This document shows positions 24,501 through 37,241 of a stretch of 64,000 bases of DNA, in pieces. Location of the stretch: positions 62,001-126,000 of the forward strand of contig JAMDHS010000047.1 of the NCBI GenBank assembly GCA_029717555.1, read 5' to 3'. The notes beneath the pieces are model-generated. The model did no database searches and was not told the DNA's origin. It saw only the letters and a program-made list of their open reading frames with translations. This stretch comes from Peribolospora baueri. Its lineage: Eukaryota. The stretch's first letter is position 1, and the number at the start of each line of letters is the position of its first letter. Position numbers and translations under genes: made by a program.

Positions 24501-27500
24501 CGGATTCGAGGGGCTTGTCGAGGATGTTGGACATCTTGTACTCGAAATTTTGCGCCGCCACGAGAGGGTTCAAGAGAAGGCGGTAGCCCCTGTGGGATTG
24601 GAAAGGAGATGGGTTGGAGAAACGTACGTGCGAGATGCCCATCGTCAACCTGTTCCGACTCACTTTCCCTTCGCGGGCTTGATTTCTCCGCAAGCGCCCC
24701 CGATTTGCGGATGCTTGTACATTGGCCGCCAGAGGTGATAGATGGCGTCCGGATCCGGCTTCGTGCCAATATCCAACAGCACAGTCGTGCGCGGTTGAAG
24801 GATGGAGCAGAAGCCATTGAAGAACCATCGGTGCGAGTTGATCTGAGGGTCCGGTGAAGAAACGCAGACGCGTCAGTGGTCGTCTGAATGAGAACTCGAC
24901 CGGCGCATTTGAATGACAGACCTTTTTCAGGTTCTTCGTCTTGAGGCACAAGATTGTCTGTACCGGGATAGGATCCGGAGTACTCGACGAGCCGCGCGCG
25001 TGGTAATCAGGCGGGGGGATTTGCGTCGTGAACTGGTGGCGCGTAAGGAAAACGGGTCAGAAGGTCGGACAGACTGAGAAAAACGACGTCACGATCCAGA
25101 AAAGCTTGTTCACTAACCTCGTAGACGTGTGCTTTGATATCTTGACCGCCGACGTGCGTTCTCGGCATCCACCGTCCGTCCGGCCCAGCTTCGCGACAGC
25201 ACTCCGGTTGAAAGATCTATATGACCGTGGCGAAATGAAGGCAGAGATGAGCTCCGTTCGAAAGAGTAGTCAAAATGGCAGAAATGAGCTCACCCCCATC
25301 GCCTCCATGTTATCCAGAACTCTCTGATCCACCTTGTCCATGCCGTCCGCCACAATCACCACGACAACCTTCTTCCAGCTGTCCTCTCTGAACCATCCTG
25401 CCTCAGCGGAAGGATCCCTGGCGCGCATCTCCTCGTACGTCCACTCGTCCTCGATGCCCTCAGCAGCACCGTGCAAAGGTTCTCCCTCCGGCCACTTCTC
25501 TTTCGAGTCGTTCAGACGGTTTTTGTTGAGGGGAGGGCAGAGGAAGTCGATCGTCCGACGCAGGTTGGAACGACCGCGTCGGCGGGCGTTGCAGAGATAC
25601 GAGATGTTGCGATAGATACCGTCGAGCGTGGCCGTGAAAGAATCAGCACGCTCGTTGTACCTGTCCGATTGAGAGGAACGAATGGATCATCGTCAACGAA
25701 CGTAAGAAGCGGGGAGAAGGGCTCGGCGCGAAAAAGGGACACGGCAAAGCGAGGTAGAGAAGATGGCTGGACGACTCACAGAGTGACACAGATGCAAATC
25801 TCGATACCAGGATTTCGGAACATCGACTCCGCCTGTCCTTCTTGGACATGGGCGGGGTGTCCGTTACCCCATTCGGCATACGCGGATGTTAACGGTCGGC
25901 CTTCGCCGGATCCTAACCCCCATCCTCGGCCATCGCTCAGGCCGCTCGGGCCTCTCCCAAAGCCGGACGCGCCTCTGCGGCCCGAGGAAGCGGACTCGAA
26001 GCCGAGAGGCTTTCCTAGCAATCCCTGCTCCCTGACCCAATCGGGCGTCTGCCTCAACGTCCATCCTTCCTCTCGCATAAAGTCCGGGTCGCACGTCATG
26101 GCGGAGTAGCGTACGGTGTCAAAGTGCGAGTAGTTGGACGGGTGAGCGGAAAAGGTCTGCGGGTGGACGACGGTCGTTCGCAGGAGCGGTGGGATGGGAA
26201 GGTCAAGGATGAGATGCCCGCCCGGTGCGAGGCTGCAAAGCGGCGACGAGAAGAGGCATGACGCGTCGGTCAGCTCAGGTCCGAAAAGGGTTTTACGTCG
26301 CTGCGATACGGAGCTGAAACGCAGCAAGGTAAGAGGACGACAACGACGAACACTCGGACTCACTCGACGGTCATCCTCCGATAATAACCCTCATCCGGCA
26401 TCCGCACCCTCCTTGGCAAGGTATAATTCCCACCACCGTCGTCCAGGCCCATCCCTCCAGGTCCGTACAGACCACCGTTGTGGCCGAAGAAGGAGCCCGA
26501 GTCGTTCCACTCCTCCCCACTCTGCAGTCTCACCCTCCTCCTGCCCCCGTCCGGTAATGTCCTCCGCCTTGTCGCGCCCGCGAAGGCGTTGTGCGCGGGC
26601 GTTGAAGGCAACGGAGGTGAGCGCTCACGTCCGTCTCCAGGGAAGCCCGCTGGCCAAGGAGGGGGCGGGGCCGGCGGAGGCTGGAACGAACGCGGCTGGC
26701 TGGTCAGATGATCCTCCGGAGAGAAGGGCGCAACGGTGGGTGGGTCGACGGAGTCGGGCGGAGGAGAGAAGAACTCGTCTCCAGGTGCCGCCGCCGCTAG
26801 TGGCGGGGGAAGATGTGGTGGACCCGGGGGAAGCTGGGGTGGACCGACAATCGGGGGACCTTGGGCGTGAGGGTGGCTGGGAGGCGGTAGGCCGGGCAGG
26901 TCGTACTGTGCCTCTGCCCTCGAGCCTGCGCCTCCAACGCTCTGCAAGGTACGAGAGGTAGGGGAGGCGGGCCTACCGACAGAAGGCATTCTCGGCCCGG
27001 TTGCAGAGACGGTCGGCGCATTGGCCATCTCCACATCATTCATCGGGGGCGGACTGGGGCTGTACGCTCTCATCGCCTGATCCTCTACCGGCTGATTTGC
27101 CTCTGCAACGCCAGAAGGTCTCGCTCCGGCGTCAACTGAAAGCATACTGGCAGCCTCGCCTCCCACCGCTGGGGGCTCAGGCGTCTGTGGGTTGAGAAGG
27201 ATCGAAGGTGGCATCGGCCCGTCTCGGCGGTTGGCAATGCTTCCCGTCGGTGCACCTGACATGCGCGATCGCGGCGGTGTGTCGGGTCTGGAGGGGAGCG
27301 CGGAAGGGGAAGACTCCGGAGGAGCAAAGTCGCGAGCATAAAAGCCTCCTTCCTCGAGCTGACGTTCTCTCTCCGCGGTCCGTTGGCGTCTGTTTCTTTT
27401 CCTGCGCACCGCTGCCACGCTGTCGCGGTCTCCCCCTGCTCTAGCGTCCCCGGGACCGAAAGGCTCCTTGTCCTCATCATCGACGCTCACGGTAAAGCTG

Positions 27501-28255
27501 ACGGGTCCGCGCGCACCAAACTCAGACACCCCTCCGCCGCTTGGTTGGCTCGGGGAGATGGCCCCGTCGGCGGGAGCGTTGCGGCGAGTGGGGGAGGGGA
27601 GGATGGTGACGGGCTTGGGCAAGGGGTTGTTTGATCTCGAGAACTGCCAGGTGGGAGAAGACGCGCTGGCGCTCGTACCCAACACCCTCGACCGTCGACC
27701 ACCCGAGCCTGTGCCTGGGCGCGAGCCGGTGCCGGGCGCTGAGCCTGCGTTCCCCTCACGGTCGACGCTGCCAGGTATCGACGGTTCGGGATAGCGAGAG
27801 GTAGCCAGACCGGGGTCGAGGATGCGGGACGACGTGGGGCGGAGGCGGGAGGGCGGAGGACCTCCCGCTCGGCCTCCTTCCCATCCTCCATCCCAGCCTG
27901 GTGGTGGTGGTCCTACTCCTCCTCCTCCTCCTCTCCGCTCTTCAGCGCCGCCAGCGCTGCTGCCCCAAGCGCTGAGTCCGATCGAGTTCATGACAGAGCC
28001 GACGCTGGGCAACCACTTGCTCAAGCCGCCAAATCTGCTGGAGCCCTCGCCGCCGGGCTGAGAATCGGAAGTGCGTCCGGGACGACCGTAGGGAGAGGAA
28101 CTAGAGAGGGTGCCGGAGCAAGAGGGCCTTGGGCGGGGTGCCATACCCGGCGGGGGGCCCGCGGGCGGCGGCGCCATTGGACCCCGACGACCGGGTCCTC
28201 CGGGGCCGACGCTGGAGGGGGCATAGCCTGACGGTGCTGGTCCTGGACCGTCCAT
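21551..28255 (-). CDS. chs: Chitin synthase (division 1, class I-III type) with a long Pro/Gly-rich N-terminus and many short 3' exons
   Basis: Spliced motifs [125 protein letters not shown] and several TM segments. Last exon [18 protein letters not shown]. Confidence 0.93.
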
Positions 28256-29480
28256 TGCGAGTCGCTCGTTTGCTCGTTTGTTCGTATGTTCGTATGTTCG
28301 TGCGTTCGTGTGTTTGTTCGTTCGTGCTTTCGTCTACTCTCTACCCATAGAACTGAGCGCTGGCGATATGCGCCACGCGTCGATGGGGGTCTGGGTGAGG
28401 AACTGAGGCGGAGGTGACGACGGATGTGGTATGTAAGATCGGCGGGGAAGGAAGACGGAGATGGCGAGCGGGGCTGAAAGGAAGGAGGGCAATGGAGAAG
28501 AGTAAGGAGAGCATGGAGGACGAGCGACGACGCATATCGGGCAGTGCGAGCTGGATTGTTGTCCGACGTTCTACTCGTCAACTCCACCCGGCCGCACAGA
28601 CCATCCACCCACCCACCCATCCATCGCCCATCCGTCCATCCGTCCTCCCATCTTCCCGCAATTCATTCCTCAGCCTCTCATCCCTGCCACCATGCTATCC
28701 AACCTACCGCCCCCCCGTGTCGCCGGACTTGGCTGACCAGTCCCTTGGACGTGTTCCTTGCGTGTTGCGAGACGAGCTGGCTCGTCTCCATCCATCTACC
28801 TCCCCCCGCCTCGACCTCGGTAGATGTCTCGGCCAACATGAACGGGACCGATCACGCGCATCGACTGCGGTCATCCGCACCCCTTCGCAACGTGCTCCAG
28901 AGCCAGCCGTCTTTTAACTTGAACAGATCAGACGGATTGATCGACCGTCATGATACGTCCACTTTCTTCCCATCCATTCTCGTATCTATGTCCCTTAGTC
29001 AACGCCGGCTCCAATATCGACGCTGGCTTCGAAGCAGATGATGTGAAGGTGGTCGGTTGCAGCGACAGAACTCCTTGTAGAGTCCGCGTGATGCGATTGA
29101 AAAAGTGCTGCATGCACTCATTTCCGTCGTGCTTGATTCCCTTTTACTGCAAGTGCCGCATGGATGTCTGGGTCACGACATCCTCGCCCCGGTGGTCCCT
29201 GCCATCCGCCGCGAACAAGGCTCTCGAAGCCACCCCAACCCAACAAGTTTTCCGGCGCTAGAAGATCTTAGGCCATCACGGAGGGATTCGTCATTCACTC
29301 GTCCAGGACCGCGAGCAAGCAGCTCCTCGCTCTTCGACAGACCGGCTCGGCGGGCGATTACGCCACCCGCTTCCGTGCCATCTTGGAGAGACTTGGGTGG
29401 AACGAGAAGACGCTCGTGGAGCTCTACCGACACTCCCTTAAGACCGAAGTCCAGATCGCCGGCCTCTTCGGACGAAGGCG

Positions 29481-29612
29481 CAACTTGATGGTGCCGTCTT
29501 GGACTCGTTCGCGCAGAAAGTGAAAGGCGATGTCGATACGTTTGGTCCTATTGTCGAACCTCTGCCCGCTAGTGAGAGCAATCGCACCTTGGTTATCGCA
29601 GTTGAGCTGGAC
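29481..29612 (-). mobile_element. Degenerate Ty1/copia LTR-retrotransposon RNase H fragment
   Basis: Translation VQLNCDNQGAIALTSGQRFDNRTKRIDIAFHFLRERVQDGTIKL fits the copia RNase H C-terminal consensus (CDNQxAI...RTKHIDIxxHFxRExVxxGxI). No LTRs or intact pol visible. Confidence 0.85.
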
Positions 29613-30058
29613 GGGTGGGACGCAAAGATGCAGAGACGTCTGGCAACATGTGCGTGGGGAATGCGCGCATCGTTCTATTCCCGAAAGGCAATGCCCAAGA
29701 AAGTCACGCGGTCCCGGTCCCTCCGCCGCTGCGCAAAGCTCCAGTGCAGCCGAGAGCGAGGGGTGGTAGAGGACGAGGAGCGTCGAGCGGAAGGAGCGAG
29801 GCGAGGAGAAGACTGACGAACCAGATCCTCTGCGAATAGCAAGCAAAGCAGCAAATCCCTTCCCCGTCCATTCCCTTCATTGCTGCCGAGGTGAAGCGCC
29901 AAGCCCGGTCGCAACAATGCTCGACGACGATTCGAGCCATTCGAGAGCCGCTCCGGTTCAGACGAGTTGGCCAAATCTAACGTGGCATCCCACCTCATAA
30001 GGTTACTCATCCTTGCTTCCTTCCCGGACACAGACAAAGGCACCGACCGGAGACCTTT

Positions 30059-32949
30059 TCAGGTATTCGCGCTGGTGGCATACGTGGAGAGCGCGCGCAG
30101 CCGAGCGCCGTATCGATAGATAACGAACGGCGCGGGCACTCCGATGACGAAAACGATGAGCGCAAGCACCGAATTGCCCCAGCCTGTGGGAAAGAAACGA
30201 AATGAAATGAAACGAAGGGCGAGCGACGTGTCAAGGACGTGCGCTGGTTGGTCAGTGCCGACGCTCGCCGCGTGTCCGCAGATGGACCTACTCACCGAAC
30301 CCCAGCTTGGCATACATGTCAGGCGCGAAGAGCGGAAAGCCGAAGCCAAGGCACGAACGCAGGGACGATGCGGCGGCGACCGCCGAAGCAGCGTAGAGGG
30401 TGTAAGCGCTACAATGCGAAGGGGAGGAAGGCGATGGAGACGGGGTCAGCGTCCGAGTCCTCGGCTGCGTGCCCCACCCAAGATTTGGCCACCCACTCTA
30501 CGAGATAAGCCTGTTGTGAGCAACGGCAAGGCGAGATAAATCGAACGGGACGCCGAGCGCACCCTCGTAAGCGAAACCGACTTCCAGGGCTTATGTACGA
30601 AGCCGTGCGCAGTGGCGACATACCTGGGTGCACAAAAAGCTACCCATCATTCCGAAACCGAACATGGCGGCGCCGATGTTGGGCGCGATCCAGTGCTTGT
30701 GGTACTCGGCTCTGTTGGCCGTTCGGAACGGACGAGCGGAGCGCCGAGTCTGTCAGCTAGCGCCGTCCATAGAGACTTGGACAGGATAAGGAGCGCCCGC
30801 GAGAGACACTCACGTCCATCCATACAAGAGCATGCCGGCGGGGATGAAAAAGGAGGTCACTTTCATCATGACGAGTCGCATCTCGGGCTGGCCCACGCCA
30901 CCGTTCTGTTTCTTGAGCCGGATATAGATGCGATCCAGAAGCCGGGCCCCAAGCTGGCCGCCTATGGGATCGCACAGCCATGGGGACGTGCCGCTCAGCG
31001 CGTGGACGCGAACGGGGAAGATCAGAGCGTGGGGCGCGCGAGGGGGGGCACTCACCAGAGGTAAATCCGATGCCGAGAGAGATGTAATTGAGCGAGGCGA
31101 TACCGGGACGCTCGTGGTATATGGTTTGGAATACGGACGGGAAGGTGACGAGGAGGAGGTACTGCGCCGCCAAAGGAAGGAAGGAAACGCGTGTCAGTTC
31201 TCGCCGGTTTCTCCCACCCATGCCCAGTCGAATCGGCAACGAACGACTCACCATGGTGCCGTAGAGAACAGCCATGTAGGTCGACAATACCATCACGATC
31301 GGCTGGGTGGTAAGCATGATCTGCGCGCCAATGAATCCGGACGAGGAATTTGGTGAGCTTTACGTACGAAAACGCCCACCTCGACAGTGCTGCGTCCTCC
31401 GATCCGACTACTGCGACTCACGATTGGCCTCCCGAGGCTTCTGCGCCAGAGCTGCGCGACGGTCTCGCCCTTGTCGAAGACACTCCTCAGCTCTTCGTTG
31501 CCCGTCTCGTTACGCAACCTCCTGGCCTTCTTCTCCAGAATGACAGGCGCATAGGTCTCCTTGAGCAGGAATAGGCCAACGATGGCCGGCACCGCTCCGG
31601 CGATTGTGGAAATGTAGAAAATCCACCTCCAGGAGATGGACTGCGCTATCCAACCGCCGGCTATCGGGCCGATGACCGGCCCTGCCAGAGGGGCGAGCGA
31701 GAAGAAAGCCATAGCCATTCCACGCTCTTCGGCCGTCCAGAGATCGCTGAGCGTGCCACCGCCGATGGCCATTGGCGCAGATCCACCGAGGCCAGCGAGA
31801 AAGCGGACTGCGGCCATCTGAGAAAAGGTCTGAGCGCGAGAGCAGGCGATGTTGAAGGCTGCGCGACGCAAGGACGGGACGGGCGAGGCAAGGACGATCG
31901 AGGATGGATGGATGGGTTTAGAGAAAAGAGACGTCTGTCAGCGTAAAGGTCACCTGAAGGTACCAGCCGACTCCGGCGATGACACGCACCTAAGAAGAAA
32001 ATGTTGCATCCTTGCAGTATGGGCCGTCGACCGACAATTTCGGAGAGCGGTCCAAGGAAGAGGGGGCCGACAGCGCTGCACGGTCAAAAACGGATGAAGA
32101 ACCGCTCAGGAACGGTCCTGATCCCATGTCCTCGGAACGACAAGAGCACACGCACTATGCCAGTACAAAAACGGAGACCATCAGGCTCTGTTTGACTGTG
32201 CTCGTCACACCAAACTCTTTGCTGATCTCGGGCACGGCGGGGGCTACCATCGACGAGGCAAGAGGCGAAATGAAGGTGTAGAAGCTGCGAATGGACGAGG
32301 CGAGCGAGGCGGCGAGGTCAGTGGGGGGGGGCGGGGGCCAGTATTGCCGCGGCAGGGCCGCCTTTCGGGCTCACCTGACGATGCTCGTAGCTGCCCATCG
32401 TCGTCCGAAGCTCCAGTTCTTCGGGTTGGCCGGGTCCATTGGTCCCTCCCATCCAACTATCTTTGGTACATTCTCGACCGTCGACGTGAGTTGCTCTTCG
32501 GCCTCTTGCTCCTCCTCTCCCTTCTCCCCGGTCGGTGCCCCCGCCTCTAGATCCCTTTTCGCGTCATCGTGGTAAGACGATCGGGCGTCGCTCGAGCTCT
32601 TACCGCCCTTCTCTCCACGCTCCACCGCCATCGGCTCTGTGCGCTTCCGTGCTGCCTCGGCCTCCTTATGCTGTCTCATCACGGCCTTGATTTCCGCCTC
32701 GCTGCTCGCCCGTAGCAGCTGGGCGCCTCCCTGAAGCTCCGCGGCGAGCTGGCTGCGATTCGTCACAGACCGCTCCAGCTCGGCGCCGAGGGCCATGCTC
32801 GACTCTGGAAACTCATAGAGTGACGACGCGACTTCTACGGCTCCGGCTCCGGCTGGAGCGTCGTCTTGCTCCCGCACATGGGAAGAAGACGACATTCGGC
32901 GCAGTGCGCCAGGATCGGCCGCGGCTGCTGATGATCGGTGGGCCGCCAT
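30059..32949 (-). CDS. MFS drug:H+ antiporter (DHA1 family); multi-exon
   Basis: VGWEGPMDPANPKNWSFGRRW, FISPLASSMVAPA, GPLFLGPLSEIVGRRPIL, RFLAGLGGSAPMAIGGGTLSDLW, GPVIGPIAGGWI, LKETYAPVIL, PEMRL, GWGNSVLA, YRYGARLR. Stop TGA at 30059-30061. Confidence 0.92.
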
Positions 32950-34509
32950 GGGTAGTATGTGCGTAGACGAGGGTGGCGACAGGGAGCAACTCCGGTGGGC
33001 CTCGCAGCAATCGGCGAGTGTGGGTCGGTTCCTAGCAGTGGGGAAGGGACGAGATCGCGCGAGGGGAGTGCGCCATTAAGTATGTCCGGCCCGGCAAGCA
33101 TGTCCGTCAAGCAGGTTTCCACCTTAGCTGATCGATGCCGAGAACTTTTTTTTTCCGAAAAAAAAAACGAGCATGTCCGTAACGGCAGGAACGTAATTCA
33201 AACCGGCCGACACGACCTGACCTCCCTTGTCTTCCTTTCCTTGTCTGGGACCGCCCATGGCCCGTCTCGAGACGGGGGCGGAAAAAGGGACGAAGGAAGG
33301 ACGGGGGCCGTGCCGGGACGCTGGCCCGCTTTGCCATGCGAACAGCCTAGGACGCTCGACGAGACGTCGGCAGCTTCAGCTACGCCAGTCACGGCGAGGT
33401 GGCGCTGGGTGAATGGGCGTGTTGGTCTTGCTGACCTCGGCGCCCTTCGTGTCTTGTCGCCGTCGGCTTTACTCGCATATCGGCCGATACGAAGCCGATC
33501 AGATGTCAGCGAGCGGCGGCGTGCCCGCGTCAGCCGTCGTCGTCTCGGCCCGACTGGCGTCAAGCAACTTGTACAACTCCATCCACCAAGCATGGCCTTA
33601 GGAGGAAGATGTCGCGAAATGAAAACGTCCTTTTACATTCACCCACCTCTTCCTCGCCGCGAACGATACGGCCCTGATCAGACGTCAGCGGGCTGCAGCG
33701 AACCGCAGCCTCGTCCAGGGCCACACGGGTCCTTCCTTTCCCTCGCCCCGCCAGGTCTTCCTCAGCACGCAGGTCCCTATGCGCACCTGCGTTCTTCTCG
33801 GATCGGCCGTAGGTGTCCCGGAATAGAGAGCAGGATGTACGGCCCGCGAAGGCGTAGCCGATATCAGTGTGGATCGCCGGGCGGAGGGACGGTCGTGGCC
33901 GCGCATCGGCGGTTCTCACCGACGGGCACCACGCTCCAGCGGACCGCATCGCATCGTCGCAGATGGACGTCCAACGTCCGGGTGGCTCACAGGGCGCAGT
34001 CCAGAGCAACCGTCGCCGCTGCCACCTGTTCCGTGAGCTGAAGACAGCCTGAGATGTGCTCTTCCATCGATAACCACGGCAAGGAGGCGGTTGAGTGTCG
34101 AACGAATAGGTCCATGAGTCGGAGCGTCGTGAAGAATAGGGTACAGTGAGGAATAGGAGGCTTGCGAGTAGATCATCGACCCGGTCAGAAGGGCGTCCGG
34201 GCCATCGTCGATAAGTAGCTCGATCTCAAACTCGCATTCTTTCAACTACCTCCCGTCTTTGCCCTGCTCGCCCCTTTACGCAGAAATACGAGCAAGCATA
34301 ACCTTTATGCATCTGTTCCTCAAAGTTCATGTAGTAACCGCCGCCAGGACTTGGCAAGTCTCAACTTGCCTCCTCTTCGCCCCACGTTGCATGGAAGCGC
34401 TGCGGATGATCGGACCGATCACCTCGTCACGTGCACCGGCGAGCTTGGGGGCCAACCCGGGGGTGACCGTCGCCGTCCCACGACATCCCTACCACCACCG
34501 TCCTCGGCA

Positions 34510-37241
34510 ATGTACACCTCAACCTATACCTGGCATCAGGTAAGCGCGCATCTCCCATCAGACCATCTCCCACCGTGCCGCGTTCCATCCTTGCTCATAG
34601 TCTCCCTCCATCGTCCTTCGCAGTCTCACGATCAAGCAACGCTCCTCTTTCTCGTTCCTTATGAGACCACCAAGGATGACTTGGATGTGACCATCGAACC
34701 CGATCGTGAGTGCCTCGTTTCGATGTCGGATACTCCACGACTTTCTCCCTTTGTCTTATATGCGTCATATTTATCTAGACATTGTCGCTGGCTTGAAAGG
34801 CCAAGCGGCGATCGTCAAAGGGCGGCTTTACCGACCGATCGACAAGGAGTCGAGCGTCTGGCAGCTGGAGAAGGCCCACCCATCTTCCTCTCGCCGACAC
34901 CGTTCCGGGAGCCAATCAAGGCGGTTCTCCTCTTCCGTCTCTTCCGCCGGCTCCTCCTTTGCCATTCTCTCCTCCCCGCACACCGCCTTCAGCCCAGCGG
35001 AGGGCAGCAACGGCAGCTCAAATGGCCACGACAGGCACAGCTCCGAGGAGTGGTCGCCCTCGTCCGGACCTGGTTCCGGTACAGGGAGCGAGCCCAGAGA
35101 AGGAGCGGCCGAGTCGTCCTTGAGCGGTACCACCAGCTCCCCTCCCTCGCCCACTCTTTCTTCTGCGCCGCCATCGCTGTCTAATTCTGTCAACTTGTCG
35201 GCGCCCCTCCTGACGGAAGAGGTCTCCCCTCCCGAATCGACCACTCGCTCCATCTCACGCGCCTCGCAGGTTAGTTCGACCGCGTCGCCGAACCATCAGC
35301 AGAGCGCAAAGTTGGTGACATTGCATCTGGCCAAGGGTGAGCGATCTATTTGTCGTCCGTCTATCTGTCGAGGTCTATACTCTTACGTTATCGTTTCTCT
35401 TCTTCGCTATCGCAGACGAGAGCTGCATATGGCCGAGCCTGATCGTCGGCCCGGCACCTCTGACAGCAGCTCCAGAGTCGACGATGACGCAGGCCGGTGA
35501 CGATCCTTCCTCCCTCGCCCAGGCGGCCTCCGCCAAGCCACTACCATCTGCTCCTGGACGAATCCTCCACGCTGCTTCGCCCATGCGGCCGTCTTCGTCC
35601 GCCGCGTTCGTCGGACCCGGGCCGGTCCAGCCGCTCGACTCGGCGTCAGAGGAGTACCTGTACAACCTCGACCCGACCTCTCTATCCCTTCTCGGACTAC
35701 AGCACCTCTCCGCACGACCGAGCCCGGCGGACCCGAACCCGCACGCCACGGCGTTCGAGTACCTTAGCCGTGGTTGGAAGACGGGTTGCGTTCCCGTGGC
35801 AGTTCAGAAGCTCGTCGACGAGTATCTCCCGCTCGACCAACGCGACCTGTCCCCGCTCTTTTCCGGAGGCGCTCACTCGCGCCCCCGCGCGGACAGCGGC
35901 GGCGGTCTCGCCCTTTCGCTGGGCATCACCTCGAGCTCGAGCGGCGGCGGCGGCGGTGCGGCGAGCACGCGCAGCTTGTTCAAGTTTTACGCCCTCCGAC
36001 TCGGGGGCCCGGCGGCGCTGGCGAGACTGTACGTGGCGTACGCGCGCCTCCACCTCGGCACCGCGCCCATCTCGCCGCTCAGTTTCCCCTCGGGCCCGCT
36101 GACGAACCCGTTCAACGTGTCGGCGGCGAGCACGCCGGGAAGCTCGCATCCGTCGAGTCCGAGACACGAGTACGCGCGCGGCGGCGGCGGCGGGGGGGGG
36201 GCGAAGAAGGAGGCGAGCGCGGGGAGGAAGACGAGGGACGGCTGGAGCGCCGAGCCGGCGCTGGCGCTCGAGTACCTCGAAGAGGCGAACCGCCTCGATC
36301 CGACGTCGACGGCGGATGTGACCGAGTACGAGTGGCACCAAGCCAGGGCTTCGGCGGGGGACAGAGAGGAGACGGCGGAGATGGAGCGAGTGCGGGAACG
36401 TCGAGAGGGACGAGGGACGGAGGAGTGGGCGACGCACGACGAGACGGAGCTGATGAGCTCGGAGGACGAGCGCACGCTGCTGTCAGCCAGGCCGCGATCG
36501 ACGAGTGCGAGTGCGAGTCGAACGGCGGCGGCGGCGGCGGCAGCGGGGGGAGCAACGGCAGGAGCGCACCGAGGCCGGCGGACGGAACTTGCTACAGAGT
36601 CGAACGGGGAAGAAGGCGGTCAGGTTTGCGGCCATGACGCTCATCATCACGACCGGCACGCCGTCCGGGGCGTGTTCTCCTCGGCGACGTGGGAGACTGC
36701 GCACATGATGCGGAGGGCCCATCGTCATCCGGACGAGGAGGAAGGGGAAGGGGGGCAGAGCGGGGGCGACGAGGACGACGACGACGTGGTCACGCCGGTG
36801 TCGAGCCTGTCGGAGCACGAAGAGGCGGAGGGCCCGGAGATGTCCTTAGCAACCACCCGGTCGAAGCGGGAGCGCCCCACTGACCGAGAGGACGACGGGG
36901 TGGCCGGGCTGCTGCGAAAGGCGCCCTCGTCGACAGGCGCCGGACGAAGGAAGGAGGCGAACGAGCGCGGCCTCGTGGGTCGATCTGGTACGCATGGCCG
37001 TGGCAAAGGCAAAGGCAAGGGCAAGGGCAAGGGCAAGGGCAAGGGCAAGGGCAAGGGCAAGGGCAAGGGAAAGGGAAAGGGCAAGGGTGATGGCACACGG
37101 AGGGGCATCGTCGCGTTCCCCGCATGGGGCATGGAGGCCAAGTCGAGCGAGACGCTCGTCCGAGGCGTCGTCCTTCTCGGCATCGTCGGCTTTGGCGTCG
37201 GCGTGGCGAGCTGGTGGAGAAGGGGCAACTTGGGAGGGTGA
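34510..37241 (+). CDS. Uncharacterised protein: N-terminal CS (p23/HSP20-like) domain, helical-repeat-like middle, (GK)14 tract, C-terminal tail anchor; 4 exons
   Basis: Exons about 34510-34539, 34624-34705, 34779-35336, 35416-37241 give YTWHQ|SHDQATLLFLVPYETTKDDLDVTIE...IVKGRLYRPIDKESSVWQLEK...LVTLHLAK..WPSLI, resembling NudC-type CS domains. Terminal hydrophobic helix GVVLLGIVGFGVGVASWW followed by RR. Confidence 0.75.
37002..37085 (+). repeat. Coding hexanucleotide repeat (GGCAAG-type, 14 units) encoding (GK)14
   Basis: ggcaaaggcaaaggcaagggcaag... 84 nt in frame with the last exon of the CS-domain gene. Confidence 0.95.

Noticed and set aside
32959..34041. 360-aa Arg-rich ORF between the MFS and CS-domain genes
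   Set aside because: Non-ATG start, low-complexity composition and no motifs; consistent with a GC-rich divergent promoter region.
33916..34245. Minus-strand ORF with protein-like composition (IELLIDDGPDALLTGSMIYSQ...)
   Set aside because: No ATG start, recognisable family or convincing splice partners. It could be a gene relic but cannot be supported without a search.
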